Part shown: positions 37,425-51,430 of the stretch, in pieces
Layout: every line of letters starts with the position of its first letter
Numbering within the stretch: position 1 is the stretch's first letter
Made by a program: the position numbers and the translations under genes
Notes under the pieces: generated by a model
What the model saw: only the letters and a program-made list of their open reading frames with translations
What the model was told of the DNA's origin: nothing
Database searches by the model: none
Assembly: GCA_951406725.2 (NCBI GenBank)
Contig: OX597829.1
Location: 48,360,001 to 48,424,000, forward strand
DNA: 64,000 nt
DNA from: Octopus vulgaris
Taxonomy: Eukaryota
Direction: 5' to 3'

Positions 37425-37808
37425 TATTTACTTGTTTCAGACATTTTGACTGTGGCCATGCTGGAGCACCACCTTTATTCGAGCAAATCGACCCCAGGAC
37501 TTGTTCTTTGTAAACCTAGTACTTATTCTATTGATCTTTTGCCGAACCGCTAAGTTACGGGGACATAAACACACCAGCATCAGTTGTCAAGCGATGTTGG
37601 GGGAACAAAATGCTGACCCACACATACACACATATATACATATATATGACGGGCTTCTTTCAGTTTCCATCTACCAAAATCCACTCACAAGGCTTTGGTC
37701 GGCCCGAGGCTATAGTAGAAGGCACTTGCCCAAGGTGCCACGCAGTGGGACTGAACCCGGAACCATGTGGTTCGTAAGCAAGCTACTTACCACACAGCCA
37801 CTCCTATG
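37425..37808 (-). mobile_element. SINE family B, near full length
   Basis: Matches 33398-33794. Confidence 0.9.
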
Positions 37809-38859
37809 CTTCTGATAGTGGAAAGATATGCATACTTTAAATCAAGGACTGAATTTTATGGTATCATCTTTAATTTTTTGGCTATATTTGTTCTCAAGAA
37901 AGATGGAAAATACATTTGGTGAACATATATATTTTATCTTAATATCATTATTTCTGAAACTTTCTGGGAGAAATAAACACTTGTTTACATAGAATATATT
38001 GATCGGTAGATATATCTTTCTAAGGATCTAGGTAGATCAATACATAGGTAGATTGATAAATTGATTTATATGTAAGTAGGTAAGAATCTTATGAAGCTTT
38101 ACATATGTCCTTCTGTATGAGGTAGGATTAGTTGTAACGTTCTTTCAGAGATTCCAGTGTCTCTTTGCACTTTAACACACTGTACAAAATTAGCCTTTTA
38201 ATCTAAATGTCATCTCAAGTATCATATAGCCTTATTAACCATACTTTCTCTCTCTCTCTCTTTTTTTTTTTTTTAATTTTCTCATGTTAATAATGACAGA
38301 CTCTTCTCCAGGTTGGTCGAGCTGCTGCTGGGTGGTGGGGAACACGGAAGAAAATTAGCATCTATATATCTTCCTCAATTACACACTACCCTTTCCTAAA
38401 AATAGGAAGGACATGCATTGGATAATGTACTCCTTGATGCACTTAGTCAGAAGGGAATGGCAGGATGTGTAACATTTTCTATACACTTCCAGGATTGGCA
38501 GCACGAAGAGAGAAATTTAGCCTCAGACTAGAAAATTGTTCTGAATTCTTGTAACTAAATGCACCCAAAGACCAGGTGGTGTTAACAACTTTTTTGTCGA
38601 CAAATTTCAATTAAAATACTTGGAATTTCATCATCTTCGTCATTTAACATCAATTTTTTTTGATACCTGCATGTGTTGGAGGGATTTTATATTTGAGGTA
38701 GTTTTTCTATGACCAGATTCCCTTCTTGTTACCGGATTAAGTAATTTTTCCCCCATACCCAGACATGTTCTTGCTGAATATTGGAAATGAATGCCAGTGA
38801 CTCTCATTTACAGCTGTAACAGTCAGGAGAAAGACCCAAACACACACACACAAGCATAA

Positions 38860-39229
38860 TGTGTAGGTATGTATGTGTATGTATGTATGTGTGTATGTAT
38901 GTATGTGTTTGTGTGTATATGTGTGTGTATGTGTGTGTATGTGTGTGGGTATATGTATGTGTGTGTATATGTATGTGTGTGTGTATATGTATGTGTGTGT
39001 GTATATGTATGTGTGTGTGTATATGTATGTGTGTGTATATGTATGTGTGTGTATATGTATATGTGTATGTATGTGTGTATATATATGTGTATATATATGT
39101 ATGTATGTGTGTATATATATGTGTATATATATGTATGTGTGTGTGTATATATATATATGTGTATATATATATATGTATGTGTGTGTGTATGTATATATAT
39201 ATATGTGTATATATATGTATGTGTGTGTG

Positions 39230-39270
<41 letters not shown>

Positions 39271-39281
39271 ATATATATGTA

Positions 39282-39320
<39 letters not shown>
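38860..39320. repeat. compound TG/TA microsatellite
   Basis: Visible. Confidence 0.95.
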
Positions 39321-39322
<2 letters not shown>

Positions 39323-40199
39323 TAGCATGGAAAGCGGACGCTAAACGATGATGATGATGATATATATACCATGATATACATACACACAATGGGCTTCAGT
39401 ACAGTTTTCATCTACAAAGTCCACTCACAAGAGTTTGGTCAATCCAGGGCTATAGTGGAAGACACTTGCCAAGATACCCAGATACCCCACAGTGGAACTG
39501 AACCTGGAGCCATGTGACTGGGAAGTACCCTCCTCACTGTACATCCACGCCTGCACCCCCACAGATCCACCCCAGTTTTGTTTTTGTTAATTCTGAAAAT
39601 AACGAATTCGCTGAAATAACTTTGTAATTACTTAAGCTGATGCTTACAACATAAATATGGCTTTTAATGTATTTTTATTCAAATTCAGTGATGCGTAAAA
39701 AGTAATAACTATAACTGCAAGTTCATTGACCATTTAAAAACATTTATTCTGCTCTTCTGATATTGCTTATGACCCAAAACAATAAATTCCTTTAATCTTT
39801 CAAAACCTGTATTTCTTTTCACAATAACATTCCAACACTCCAAATGTAAAAACACAATCATTTATGTATTTTTTTTTTTATGATAGTAAATTTTCAGTAG
39901 TTAGTAATGTACTTCCTACAACTATCACGCACTTTAATAATAAGCTAATCCTTTTCTGAACATAAATTTCTACGCAGTTTATTTTTTAATTTTTTTTTTA
40001 CTTCCGTTTTTGCAGTAAATGGAAGACAAAACTTCTTTCAGATAAGATATTAATTTCTTATAGGTAGCTTATTTATGAGCAACTTGAGAAAAACACTAAT
40101 ACAACATTTTTTTTTTTTTTATGTCATAAGTATTTAAAAACATTGAGAGAACATAAAATCGTTTTTAGCAGTTGAAATCTTAAGTAGAAAACCTATTAA

Positions 40200-40366
40200 T
40201 TGGTTCTGAGTTCAAATTCCGCCAAGGTCAACTTTGTCTTTCATCCTTTCAGGGTCGATTAAATAGGTACCAGTTATGCACTGGGGTTGATGTAATCGAC
40301 TTAATCCATTTGTCTGTCCTTATTTGTCTCCTCTGTGTGTAGCCCCTTGTGGGCAGTAAAGAAATT
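40200..40366 (+). mobile_element. 5'-truncated SINE A with 15-bp TSD
   Basis: TAGAAAACCTATTAA on both sides. Confidence 0.88.
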
Positions 40367-41000
40367 AGAAAACCTATTAACTGGGGTTCGTTATCAAATT
40401 TTGTCGTTAAAATTTATCAATAAATTGATTATACCTCTACACTGCTCAAAATAATTTAAACAATTTTTTTTTAATACAATTCCTAATATTTAAAAATGTA
40501 TAAATAAATATTTTTAAACATCGAATGGCTGTGAAGGCCCACAGGGGTAAAATAGAAACCATGGAGTCCATAGGCAAAAAATGGTTGGGAATCACTGCTG
40601 TAAATCTTTTATCCTTTACTTGTTTGTCATTGAACTGCAGTCATGCTGGAGCACCACCTGGAAGAATTTATAGTTGAATGTATTGACCCAAATACTTTTT
40701 ATAAGCCTGTTATTCCATCGGTCTCTTTTCCCGAACTGCTAAGTTGCAGGGACATAAACGCACCAGCACTGGTTGTCAAGCAGTGGTGGTGGACACACAC
40801 ACACGTGTGTGTGTGTGTGTGTATATATATCATCATCGTTTAACATCTACTTTCCATGCTAGCATGGGTTGGACTATTTGATTGTGGTCTGGTGAACCTG
40901 ATGGCTGCACCAGACTCCATTCTGATCTGACAGTTTCTACAGCTGGATGCCCTTCCTAACGCCAACCACTCCGAGAGTGTAGTGGGTGCTTTTTACGTGC

Positions 41001-41035
<35 letters not shown>

Positions 41036-42795
41036 GACAGGCCTCTTTGTTTCCATCTACCTCTGCACTGCTGAGGGTAATGTCTTGGTGTATACTGTAA
41101 CACTCAAACATTCCAGCTGTGACCATCCTACCTTTTTCTATTATTCAGTGTGTTCGTTCTTTGATGGTGGGGTGTAATTTGAGGGAGATTTGGCTTGTAT
41201 TTCTAGCTTCGAAATACAGTTGGCATCAATTTTTGTGAGCTCAATCGGGTGTTTGAATGGAAATTCCCATAACGATGTTATTTTTCCTGCAGCTTTTGCA
41301 TTGTTTGTCTGATTTTGATGAAAATCGATGAATGAGCGAGGCTCATGGCAGTGAGTTGATGTCAGTATACGGCTGCACCATTGAACATGTCATTGGCTGC
41401 AAATTCTCCGTTCTGTCAACAAAATTCCATTGTCTGCTCTGACCATTTTTCCTCCAGCCTGCCACACATCTACATCTTCTCTTCCTGCAACAGTATGCCG
41501 AACCAGATATAGCTGCTTAATGGCTAATAGTTGGCACGGGGAACGTAAATTTCAATACAAGGTCAGAAGTGGGCTTAACTTTAACATGGAAAACACGAAC
41601 AATGCCGGGTCCAACTGCTAGTTTAACCTATTCCTGTTATAACATGAATATAGTGTGACGGGGTTAAAGCTTAGAATTCTTTCCATTACACCTTATTGAA
41701 AGTAAGTTTTATTATGTTAATGAACTTTTTCTCATTATGGGTTTAATTCCAATTGATCAAAAATGTTTTTTTAGGCTCACCAGATGAATTATTGTAGCTT
41801 GTTAGTCCACACTGAACTGCACCATACTATGGTACCTACTAAATAGGTTGATGCTAGTGAGTCCTAAGGCATTACCTATCGAGCAGGCCTGTGATGAAAG
41901 CTGATCATCCCATTTCTTTCTACAGGATTACAGGCGAGAGTTTGACATGGTACATAGAACTAAATACCATACTCTTGTGTCTACTTAGTGTCATGTGGAT
42001 AGGGTGGGTGAGAATTAAAATATCTGGGCCGTAGGAGCATATTCTGAGAATTTTACCATAATGTAGTACTTGTTTATGACTGAATTGGACAACATGATTC
42101 GTGGGACATATGGCTGGCTGTATCTAACAGGGTTGTACTGGTGAGAATTTAAGGTTATGGGTGCAACAGAATATTGTAGGACATTAGAGATATGCTGTGC
42201 TTGAGAAGACCTGTCAAACCAAGTGAAATTATAGCTGTAGCGAAAGCCAGTGCCGTCTGACTGGCACCTGTGCTGGTGGAACATAAAAAGCACCATTGGG
42301 CCTCACAGAGGTGGTGACAGGTGACTGAGACCTTTGGTGACATACCAAGCTTGTGTAGACCTGTCAAGCCAAATGAGATCATAGTCTTGTGGCTGATGCC
42401 AGTGTTACGTGTCAGTACATGTCAGTGGCACGTATAAAGCACCCACCACACTCTTGGAGTGGTTGGTGTTAGGAAGGGCATCCAGCCATATAAACCATGC
42501 GAAATCAGATTGGAACCTGGTGCAGTTCCCAGGCTTACCAGTTTTCAGTCAAACTGTCCAACCCATGCCAGAATGGAAAGCGGATGTTAAAAGTTGTAGT
42601 TGGTTGCCCTATGACCTCAAAATTTAGTAACAATTATTATGTAATTATAACAATGACTGTACCAACATTGGAAACTGAGTCATTGGTTCCTCTCTTAAAC
42701 TCTGCAGCTATTATAGGCCTGCTCCGTTAAAAAATCCTAAAAAATAAAACCTAAAAGAACCAACAAAAAATATAGTAGTTTGAGTGATTAAACAA

Positions 42796-43640
42796 TATAT
42801 GTATATATATATATGTGTGTATGTATATATGTGTGTATGTATATATGTGTGTATGTATATATGTGTGTATGTATATATGTGTGTATGTATATATGTGTAT
42901 GTATATATGTGTGTATGTATATATGTGTATGTATATATGTGTATGTATATATGTGTATGTATATATGTGTATGTATATATGTGTATGTATATATGTGTAT
43001 GTATATATGTGTATGTATATATGTGTATGTATATATGTGTATGTATATATGTGTATGTATATATGTGTATGTATATATGTGTATGTATATGTGTATGTAT
43101 ATATGTGTATGTATATATGTGTATGTATATATGTGTATGTATATATGTGTATGTATATATGTGTATGTATATATGTGTATGTATATATGTGTGTGTATAT
43201 ATGTGTGTGTATATATGTGTGTGTATATATGTGTGTGTATATGTGTGTGTGTATATGTGTGTGTGTATATGTGTGTGTGTATATGTGTGTGTATATATGT
43301 GTGTGTGTATATATGTGTGTGTGTATATATGTGTGTATGTATATATGTGTGTATGTATATATGTGTGTATGTATATATGTGTGTGTATGTATATATGTGT
43401 GTATGTATATATGTGTGTATGTGTATATGTGTGTATGTGTGTATATATGTGTGTATGTGTGTATATATGTGTGTATGTGTGTATATATGTGTGTATGTGT
43501 GTATATATGTGTGTATGTGTGTATATATGTGTGTATGTGTGTGTGTATGTGTGTATATATATGTGTATGTGTGTATATATATGCATGTATGTGTGTATAT
43601 ATATGCATGTATGTGTGTATATATATGCATGTATATTTAT
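42796..43640. repeat. compound microsatellite (ATATGTGTATGT-type units)
   Basis: Visible. Confidence 0.95.
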
Positions 43641-44239
43641 GTTGATTTTGTAATTCCTTGCTAAGTGTCATCTCAAATTGCTTTGTTTAACATAGGGTTG
43701 AGCAATTAGGAACTGTAACATTATTCTGTCCTACCATTCCCTACTTTTCGTATTGTAACCCAGTAAAGGGCTTGGTGTGAGATCTCTAAATTTTTTTTTT
43801 TTTCACGATGACTGTACCTGCTGCCACAGATATTCAGCAAAGTGGGGGATGGGGTGGCTGTGAAAGCTGGTGGAATATGATGAATGGGGAAGTAAAAAAA
43901 AAAAAAAATCTGAGGAATGTAATCGGGGTTGAATAATAATGTCATCAATGTCACCAACATGATACTTTTTACAAATCAGTCTTACGATCATCATCATCAT
44001 CATTATCATACTCGCATGCATGCATCCTGCCCCCACATGGGAAGAGGTGGCAGCATGGCTGTGTGGTTAATAATTTTGCTTTGTAATCACGCGTTTCTGA
44101 GTTCAATATCATTGCATAGCACATCTTTTGGCAAAATATCTTCTATCGTAGCTTCAAGGTGATCCTTGCTTGGATCATATGTAGATTATACCTGATCTTG
44201 AAGGGTACCTTCATTTTATCTGTTTCTTGGGTTAACAAT

Positions 44240-44490
44240 ACCTATTTCTTTACAATACCTATTTCTTTATTACCCACAAGGGGCTAAACACAGAGGACAA
44301 ACAAGGACAGACAAACGGATTAAGTCGACTATATCGATCCCAGTGCGTAACTGGTATTTAATTTATCAACCCCCAAAGGATGAAAGGCAAAGTCAACCTT
44401 GGCAGAATTTGAACTCAGACCGTAGTGGCAGACGAAATACGGCTACGCATTTTGCCCGGCATATTAACGATTCTGCCAGCTCGCTGCCTT
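44240..44490 (-). mobile_element. SINE family A
   Basis: Full head-to-tail reverse match. The tail piece ACAATACCTATTTCTTTA is duplicated. Confidence 0.88.
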
Positions 44491-44999
44491 AAACAATGCC
44501 ATCTGGCCTGTGGGTGTCTCTAGTGAGGTCTTCTTTTATAGATCGTTCTATGATTAATTGCTATTACATGCATCTGCACAGACACGTTTGTGTTGTTAAG
44601 AAGCTTTGTTTTGTTATCGCACAGCTTTTGGGAGTTAATCTCACCATGTACCATGTTTTGGCAAGTGTATTCTACCATTTTATCATCCTCAAATCCTAAA
44701 CGTCTCAAGTCCTTATGACTCATAAAGCTGGTTACCTACTTTCCACAGCGCATAGGTGACCGAGAGTGCAATATCCCTCACTGAACGAATATTTGTGAGT
44801 TGCAGGATTCAAGGCTTGCAAGTGTGTGTGGAGGGGGGACAAGTTGATTAAATCAACCCTAGTACATGACTGGTATGTTATTTTAACTCCTCCCATTACC
44901 TTTCTCTGCTGCCTCTGCCTACACTGTCACCACCACCTCATCCACCATCACTATAATTACCTCTATCATCATCGCCTCTCCATCATTCCTGCTGTATTT

Positions 45000-45542
45000 G
45001 GAATTACTGGATTTGTAGATCATACCTTGTTATGGAGTAAAGATTATTTTCCAACACAACATGGTAGTCCTGCTTTTGGACGAATGTTGCTGTAATTTAG
45101 CTCCAGGAGACATTGTCTCCAGCTGGCTATATGGCATGATCTGTGTCCTTATATTTTTGAACAAGGGAATCTAGCACCCCAACTCAGCCCAAAACAATAT
45201 TTGTGTATCATAATTTCTGGGTTATTTCTCTTCATCAGCTCAGAATAATTGTTCGACTAAAGGTGGCACTGCCTAATTCCCATTCGAAATATATAGTTTT
45301 TCAAAGAGACAATTAGTCATTGATCTATAAAATAGAAATTTACTATTTTTTAAAATCTCATGAGAGATATTCAGCAACAGTACTTTGGAGTAAAGATTAT
45401 TTGCCAACATAACATGATAGTCCTGGTTTAGGACGAATGTTGCTGTAATTTAGCCCTAGGACTGCCATGCTATGTTGGCAAGTAATCTTTACTCCAAAGT
45501 ACTGTTACTGAATTTCTCTCGTTGGGAGATTTACAAATAGTA
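45000..45542. mobile_element. Penelope-like fragment with direct plus inverted terminal repeats and a hammerhead relic
   Basis: Direct repeats 45033-45110 and 45386-45461. Inverted arms 45341-45416 and 45466-45542. CTGATGAA…GAAA on minus at 45238-45214. Confidence 0.55.
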
Positions 45543-45611
45543 ATACATATTCATATTAGCCCTTTTGTTACCTACCATGTATCTGTAGAAATAAACTTTG
45601 TTCCAATCTGT

Positions 45612-45943
45612 GGAGGTGCATCACTCAGTGGTTAGAATGTCGGATTCACAATCATGAAGTAACGAGTTCGATTCCTGGACCAAGCTGTGTGTTGTGTTCT
45701 TGAGCAAGACACTTTATTTCACGTTGCTCCAGTTCACTCAGCTGTAGAAATGAGTTGCAATGTAACTGGTGTCAAACTGTACTGGCCCCTTTGCCTTTCC
45801 CTTGGATAACATTGGTGACGCGGAGAGAGGAGGCTGGTATGAATGGACGACTGCTTGTCTTCCACAAACGACCTTGTCTAGTATTATGCCTTGGAGGGGA
45901 ACTTTCTAGATGCAAGTCCATGACTGAAGGGGATCTTTATCCT
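45612..45943 (+). mobile_element. tRNA-derived CORE-like SINE family G
   Basis: CTCAGTGGTTAGA A-box, GAGTTCGATTCC B-box, CTTGAGCAAGACACTTT core. The 3' part recurs at 57360-57495. Confidence 0.8.
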
Positions 45944-47035
45944 TGTCTCAATCTAATTTTATAAATAATAAAGAATTTAATTAAAGGTTTTTGTCACTAT
46001 CAATCTTGTGGTTAGGACATGTTATAGATAATACCTTGAAACAGATGCTGCTTTTCCACTCACCAAAGTGAATGGAGCTTTGGCCAGGAGGAACTGATGT
46101 CATCAGAGAGTATCCAGTGGTCATCAGGTATTTTGATTCTGAACTGTAACACCCTCCTATTTGTGAGTCAGCAGAGATGGCCTAATCATATGAACCGACA
46201 TGAAATTTTGAAGGAGGGTTCTAATTTAGTTTACTTTAAAACCCGGATGTTTGTACGATAGGCTGGTCTGAAGTGGGTTAGTCAAACTTTCAGTTTTATA
46301 CCAGTCATAAATAAATATGATAGATCTGTTCAGTCATAGCTGACCACAAATTGTAGGTGTGTGTGAATATGTGTGTGTGTGGGGGGCGAGAACTACACAT
46401 GGCCAGTAGCAGCAGCAGTGGTGAAGCTGTGAGAGATTAGGATTTTAAAAAAAAAAAATTTTCCCCCCGTCACTTAGCGGTTCGGCAAAAGAGACCGATA
46501 GAATAAGTACTGGGCTTACAAAAGAATAAGTCCCGGGGTCGATTTGCTCGACTAAAGGCGGTGCTCCAGCATGGCCGCAGTCAAATGACTGAAACAAGTA
46601 AAAGAATAAAAGAAAAGAAAAGAAAAAAACTCATTTGTGTTACATCACTCATGCATGTTAATACTACACATCTGCTGGAGCGTGCTGGCCTTGTTTGTTT
46701 TCAGCATTCACACATCATCTGTCTGCATTCAATAGTCATGTCAAGCCACCATGCAACATCGCTTTTTGCATGCAAGTATTATACAATCTGCTTCCAGAGT
46801 TGGTGGTGGTGTGGATGGAGAAGGGAGACAAGAAAAAAAATCACCTTTGTTAGCAACAAAGGTGATAATGGCTGCCTAAGCATTTTGTTTTCTTTTTTCA
46901 ACCACCCACCCCTACCGCCCCCACTCCATTCATATTCTGGTCCGCTATGATTCTCAAGCACCACCTCACTCCACTGCTAATTGGATACACACCAACTGTT
47001 AACAATATATAGGAAAACTGATATCTATATAGATA

Positions 47036-47271
47036 TATCTCTCTGTCTCTCTCTCTCTCTCTGTCACCCTCTCTCTTTCTCTGTCACTCTCTCTCTCTCT
47101 GTGTCACTCTCTCTCTCTCTCTGTCACTCTCTCTCTCTCTATGTCACTCTCTCTCTCTCTATGTCACTCTCTCTCTTTCTGTGTCACTCTCTCTCTTTCT
47201 CTGTGTCACTCTCTCTCTGTCACTCTCTCTCTGTCACTCTCTCTCTCTCTCTGTCACTCTCTCTCTCTCTC

Positions 47272-47319
<48 letters not shown>

Positions 47320-47345
47320 ACTCTCTATCTATTTGTGTGTGTGTG

Positions 47346-47378
<33 letters not shown>

Positions 47379-47380
47379 CT
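47036..47380. repeat. (CT)n/GTCA compound microsatellite
   Basis: Visible. Confidence 0.95.
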
Positions 47381-47552
47381 TGTTTCAGTCATTTGACTGT
47401 GGCCATGCTAGAGCACTGCCTTGAATTTTTAATCAAAATGAATCGACCCACAGTATTTATTTTTTAAGCCTGGTATTCTGTCACTCTTTTGTCAAATTGC
47501 TACGTTATTGGGACATAGACACCAACACAAGTTGTCAAGCAGTAACTGGGAC

Positions 47553-47601
<49 letters not shown>

Positions 47602-47696
47602 ATCCTCATCATCGTTTAATGTCCTCTTTCCATGCTAGCAAGGGTTGGATGATCTGACTGAAGACTGGCGAATCAGATGGCTGCACCAGGCTACAA

Positions 47697-47738
<42 letters not shown>

Positions 47739-48334
47739 CTTTCTTAGCTTATCTGCTTCAAAATACCCAAACCAAATCGAAAAACAGAATAGCACGTAAA
47801 TATTGGCTTGGAAACCCTTGAAATGGAAAAAGTTGAAGACTGCCCACCCAGGGGCATGTACCCACACCTGTAAATATATATTAATATCAGCAAATGCACA
47901 CACACATACACGTGTGTGTGTGTGTAAGGCTTTTCTTGTATATTGTGTTTCTGACCTACATCCTCTTTTATTATTACAATGATGGGTGGGGGGTTTCTGT
48001 GTTAACTCAGCAGCTCCCACTGTTGCTATAAATGGAGAGGAAAAGGAAGAGGAGGAGGAGTATAGTGTTGTTTACTCTTTGTTTAGTGAAATTGACTTAC
48101 CAAAAAGGAAATTTGAAGAAGCAAGGAACAAGAAACTGTTTACCTCGTTTCCCCCCACCCTTTCCAGTTTTTAACTTCTGTGACCAGTGAAGCATAGATG
48201 TGACTCTGGGTTTCTTTTATCTCAAAGAAATGTGTGTTTGTGTAAACTGGTATATGGACACTTACATGCAAGCCTGCATTCATGTGTATTAGCTTGTGTA
48301 CACACACACACACACACACACACACGTGTGCACA

Positions 48335-48520
48335 TGTAACTCCTACACGCATTTTTTTCTCTCCTTGTTTTTTTTCTGTGGATCTTTCTGTCGAAGAGCG
48401 TAGGCTCGAAACGTAAAAGACTTTTTCTATTTCTATTCCTGAGCGCTATACTAATATATTTGTTTGTTTGTACTCCACCTGCCTTTGTCTTTTGTTTATT
48501 TTCGTAAACCTTTCTGTTAA
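48335..48520 (+). mobile_element. Penelope pLTR-like short element (related subfamily) with hammerhead relic at 48383-48420
   Basis: TCTTT-CTGTCGAA-GAGC-GTAG-GCTC-GAAAC-GTA-AAAGA. Downstream TTCCTGAGCG…AATA…TTTGTT is shared with the 13696 family. Ends in (TA)n. Confidence 0.6.
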
Positions 48521-49059
48521 ATATATATATATATTTATATTGTGGGTATTGGAAAGTTCAGTACCTTACAATATGATTGGGAAACTTTAGTTTGCTTTGT
48601 GCGTATATACAATTACACACATACATACATGAACGAACTTTTGAGAAATTTGCAGTTACTCAATCCAGTTTATATCTGTAGTTATTGGGGGTCATGGGAT
48701 ATGTAACACACTGCCTAAATACCAATCTTGAGAAATAACTTCTCAAAATCAGAAAGCTAATTTGAAGATGACACATCCAATCCATCTCTGGCACTGTAAA
48801 AATCTGTAAAACTCTCCAGAAGTTTATCATTTAAATGTATATTAGCTTGTCTAGATATGTAACTATATACATGAGAATACATACATAAAACAAAACATAT
48901 AAATCTGCACATATACATACAAACAAAAATACTCTGTTGATGTTGAAATTTCCGTGAAGGACCCCTGAATCTAGGTTAGAAATTGGTTCTTTCTCTATTG
49001 GCAAGAAATCTTGAAATAAAACTGAATGATTACATACATACATTCATACATACACATAT

Positions 49060-49268
49060 AAAGTTAATCCAAACAAGAAAGCACAAAAAAACACAACACG
49101 AGGACGTGGAACAAATATAGTATTATTGGACGCTCAGGAAAGAAGGAAAGAAAGAGGGTTTAATGTTTCGAGCGGAGCTCTTCGTCGGAAACATAGGAGA
49201 AGGAAAGATCCAGAGAAGGGAAGACAGAGGAAAAAAAATCGCCAACGGTACACACGAGGTCACATTTT
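49060..49268 (-). mobile_element. Penelope pLTR-like short element with hammerhead relic (49158-49192)
   Basis: Reverse copy of 13696-13907. Confidence 0.65.
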
Positions 49269-50237
49269 GAAAACATATATACCTTGTTGATGTGGCTGAA
49301 ATTCTGATAAAGGTGCCTTGGATCTAGCTTAGAAACCATCTTGCTTTCTATTGGCAAGAAATCTTGAATCAAAACTGAACAGTGACATACATATGTGTGC
49401 ATGCATGCACATGTTTTTAAACCCCTTCTCAGTCGGGCTTGATGAAACAGATCTGTGTTCCAAAGACTTTGGATATACTCTGCCTAAAGGAAACGTGAAG
49501 TGCTTCTGATCATGAAAAAAAATCAGTTGAACAGGACTAATCGGGGACAAACGAGATAAATGATATTAATGATTACTGATTCTTAACATTGACCACATTT
49601 ACGATGAAAGTCAGTGTCAATTCTGCTGAGGTTGACTTTGCCTTTCATCCTTTCGGGGTCGATAAATTAAGTACCAGTGAAACACTGGGGTCGATGTAAT
49701 TGACTAGCCCCTCCCCCAAAATTTCAGGCCTTGTGCCTATAGTAGAAAGGATCATTATTTTATACAGTTCCTAATGTTGTAAAATTAAGATTTTTTTAAA
49801 GCATCAAATAGCTATTGTGGTCTAGTATAGTAATATAACAAAGGGATCCATGACTGAGAACCTATATGTTCTATATGATCAATAAACCTGTAGAAATAGC
49901 AGCCAAATATCCCTCAGATAATACTCTACAATTTTAAAAACAGTACATTGGATGTAGTCCTCGATACTTATCCCAGTACCCAAACAGTTCTGTAGTACCT
50001 GATTAGAGATGGGAATCAAGTTCTGTAAGCATATGAACATTCTGAGCTTGTGCCAAACTGTATTGGGTCTTCTCTCAAACATTCAAGTGAAAAGAGGAGA
50101 CCATCTTGCATAGACAACTACTAGGGTGAGTGCCTTCTAGGCTGACCAAAGCCTTGTGAGTGGATTTAGTAGACGGAAACTGAAAGAGGCTTGTGTGTGT
50201 GTGTGTATATATATGTTATGTGTGTTTATGTGTATAT

Positions 50238-50621
50238 TCTCTTTACTCTTTTACTTGTTTCAGTCATTTGACTGCAGCCATGCTGGAGCACCACCTTTAG
50301 TCGAGTAAATTGACCCCAGGACTTATTCTTTGTTAGCCTAGTACTTATTCTATAGGTCTATTTTGCCGAACCGCTAAATTACGGGGACGTAAACACACCA
50401 GCATCGGTTGTCAAGTGATGTTGGGGGGACAAACACAGACACACACACACACACACACACATATGACGGGTTTCTTTCAGTTTCTGTCTACCAAATCCAC
50501 TCACAAGGCTTTGGTCGGCGCGAGGCTATAGTAGAAGACACTTGCCCAAGGTGCCACGCAGTGGGACTGAACCCGGAACCATGTGGCTGGTAAGCAATCT
50601 ACTTACCACACAGCCACTCCT
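50238..50621 (-). mobile_element. SINE family B nested in the internal microsatellite of an opposite-strand SINE B (50130-50835)
   Basis: Family B motifs in both orientations. Confidence 0.88.
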
Positions 50622-51380
50622 TTATATGTTTATATGTATTTCATGCTTTTGTCTCTGTTTGCCCCTCCCAATCACTGCTTGACAACCAGTATTAGTGCTT
50701 ATGTTCTTATAACCTGGCAGTTCAGCAAAAGGAGTGGATAGAATAAGTATCAGGCTTTGAAGTTCTAGAGTTGGTTCATTCTTTAAGGCAGTGCCCCAGC
50801 ATGGCTACAGTCTAACTGAAACAAGTGAAAAATAAAACACACACACATAATTGCGTTTTCTGTAAACAGCCAATTGTGGTTCTTACATAATGTTGAAGGT
50901 TCTATTTTCAGTATCTCTATAGAAATTATGTACACTAATGGAATTTATGCTTTTACACCCTCAGTTCTTTAAATCTGAAAACATATCACATTCCATTCTT
51001 TTATTATCTCATTTTTTGCTTTTGTGGTTTTATTTCATTTTGATTTTTGTTTCTATATAAAAGTCTTCTTTTCATGTGAGGAGAAACCGGTATACACCCA
51101 TACATACTTATGCAACTATTCACACACATCTGAACACATATGTATATATGTTCCTATATATATATATATATATACATACATTCACACACACATGTCCTTG
51201 TCCACATATAAACACAACCCTTGTAACCCAATTTACGTAGTCACATGCATTCATTTATGCATACCAAAATGTGATGTATCATATGCAGCTTTTAAATCCC
51301 AAAACTAAAACCACACATACAAGCATAATGTAAACACTTGTATTACACATACAGACACATGTGCACGCACATAGGTATAT

Positions 51381-51428
<48 letters not shown>

Positions 51429-51430
<2 letters not shown>

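Noticed and set aside
42711-43671. His/Thr/Tyr- and Cys/Val-rich ORFs (also 16178-16655, 21464-21801, 38804-39389, 56747-57475, 60960-61715, 62812-63365)
   Set aside because: They are microsatellite translations.
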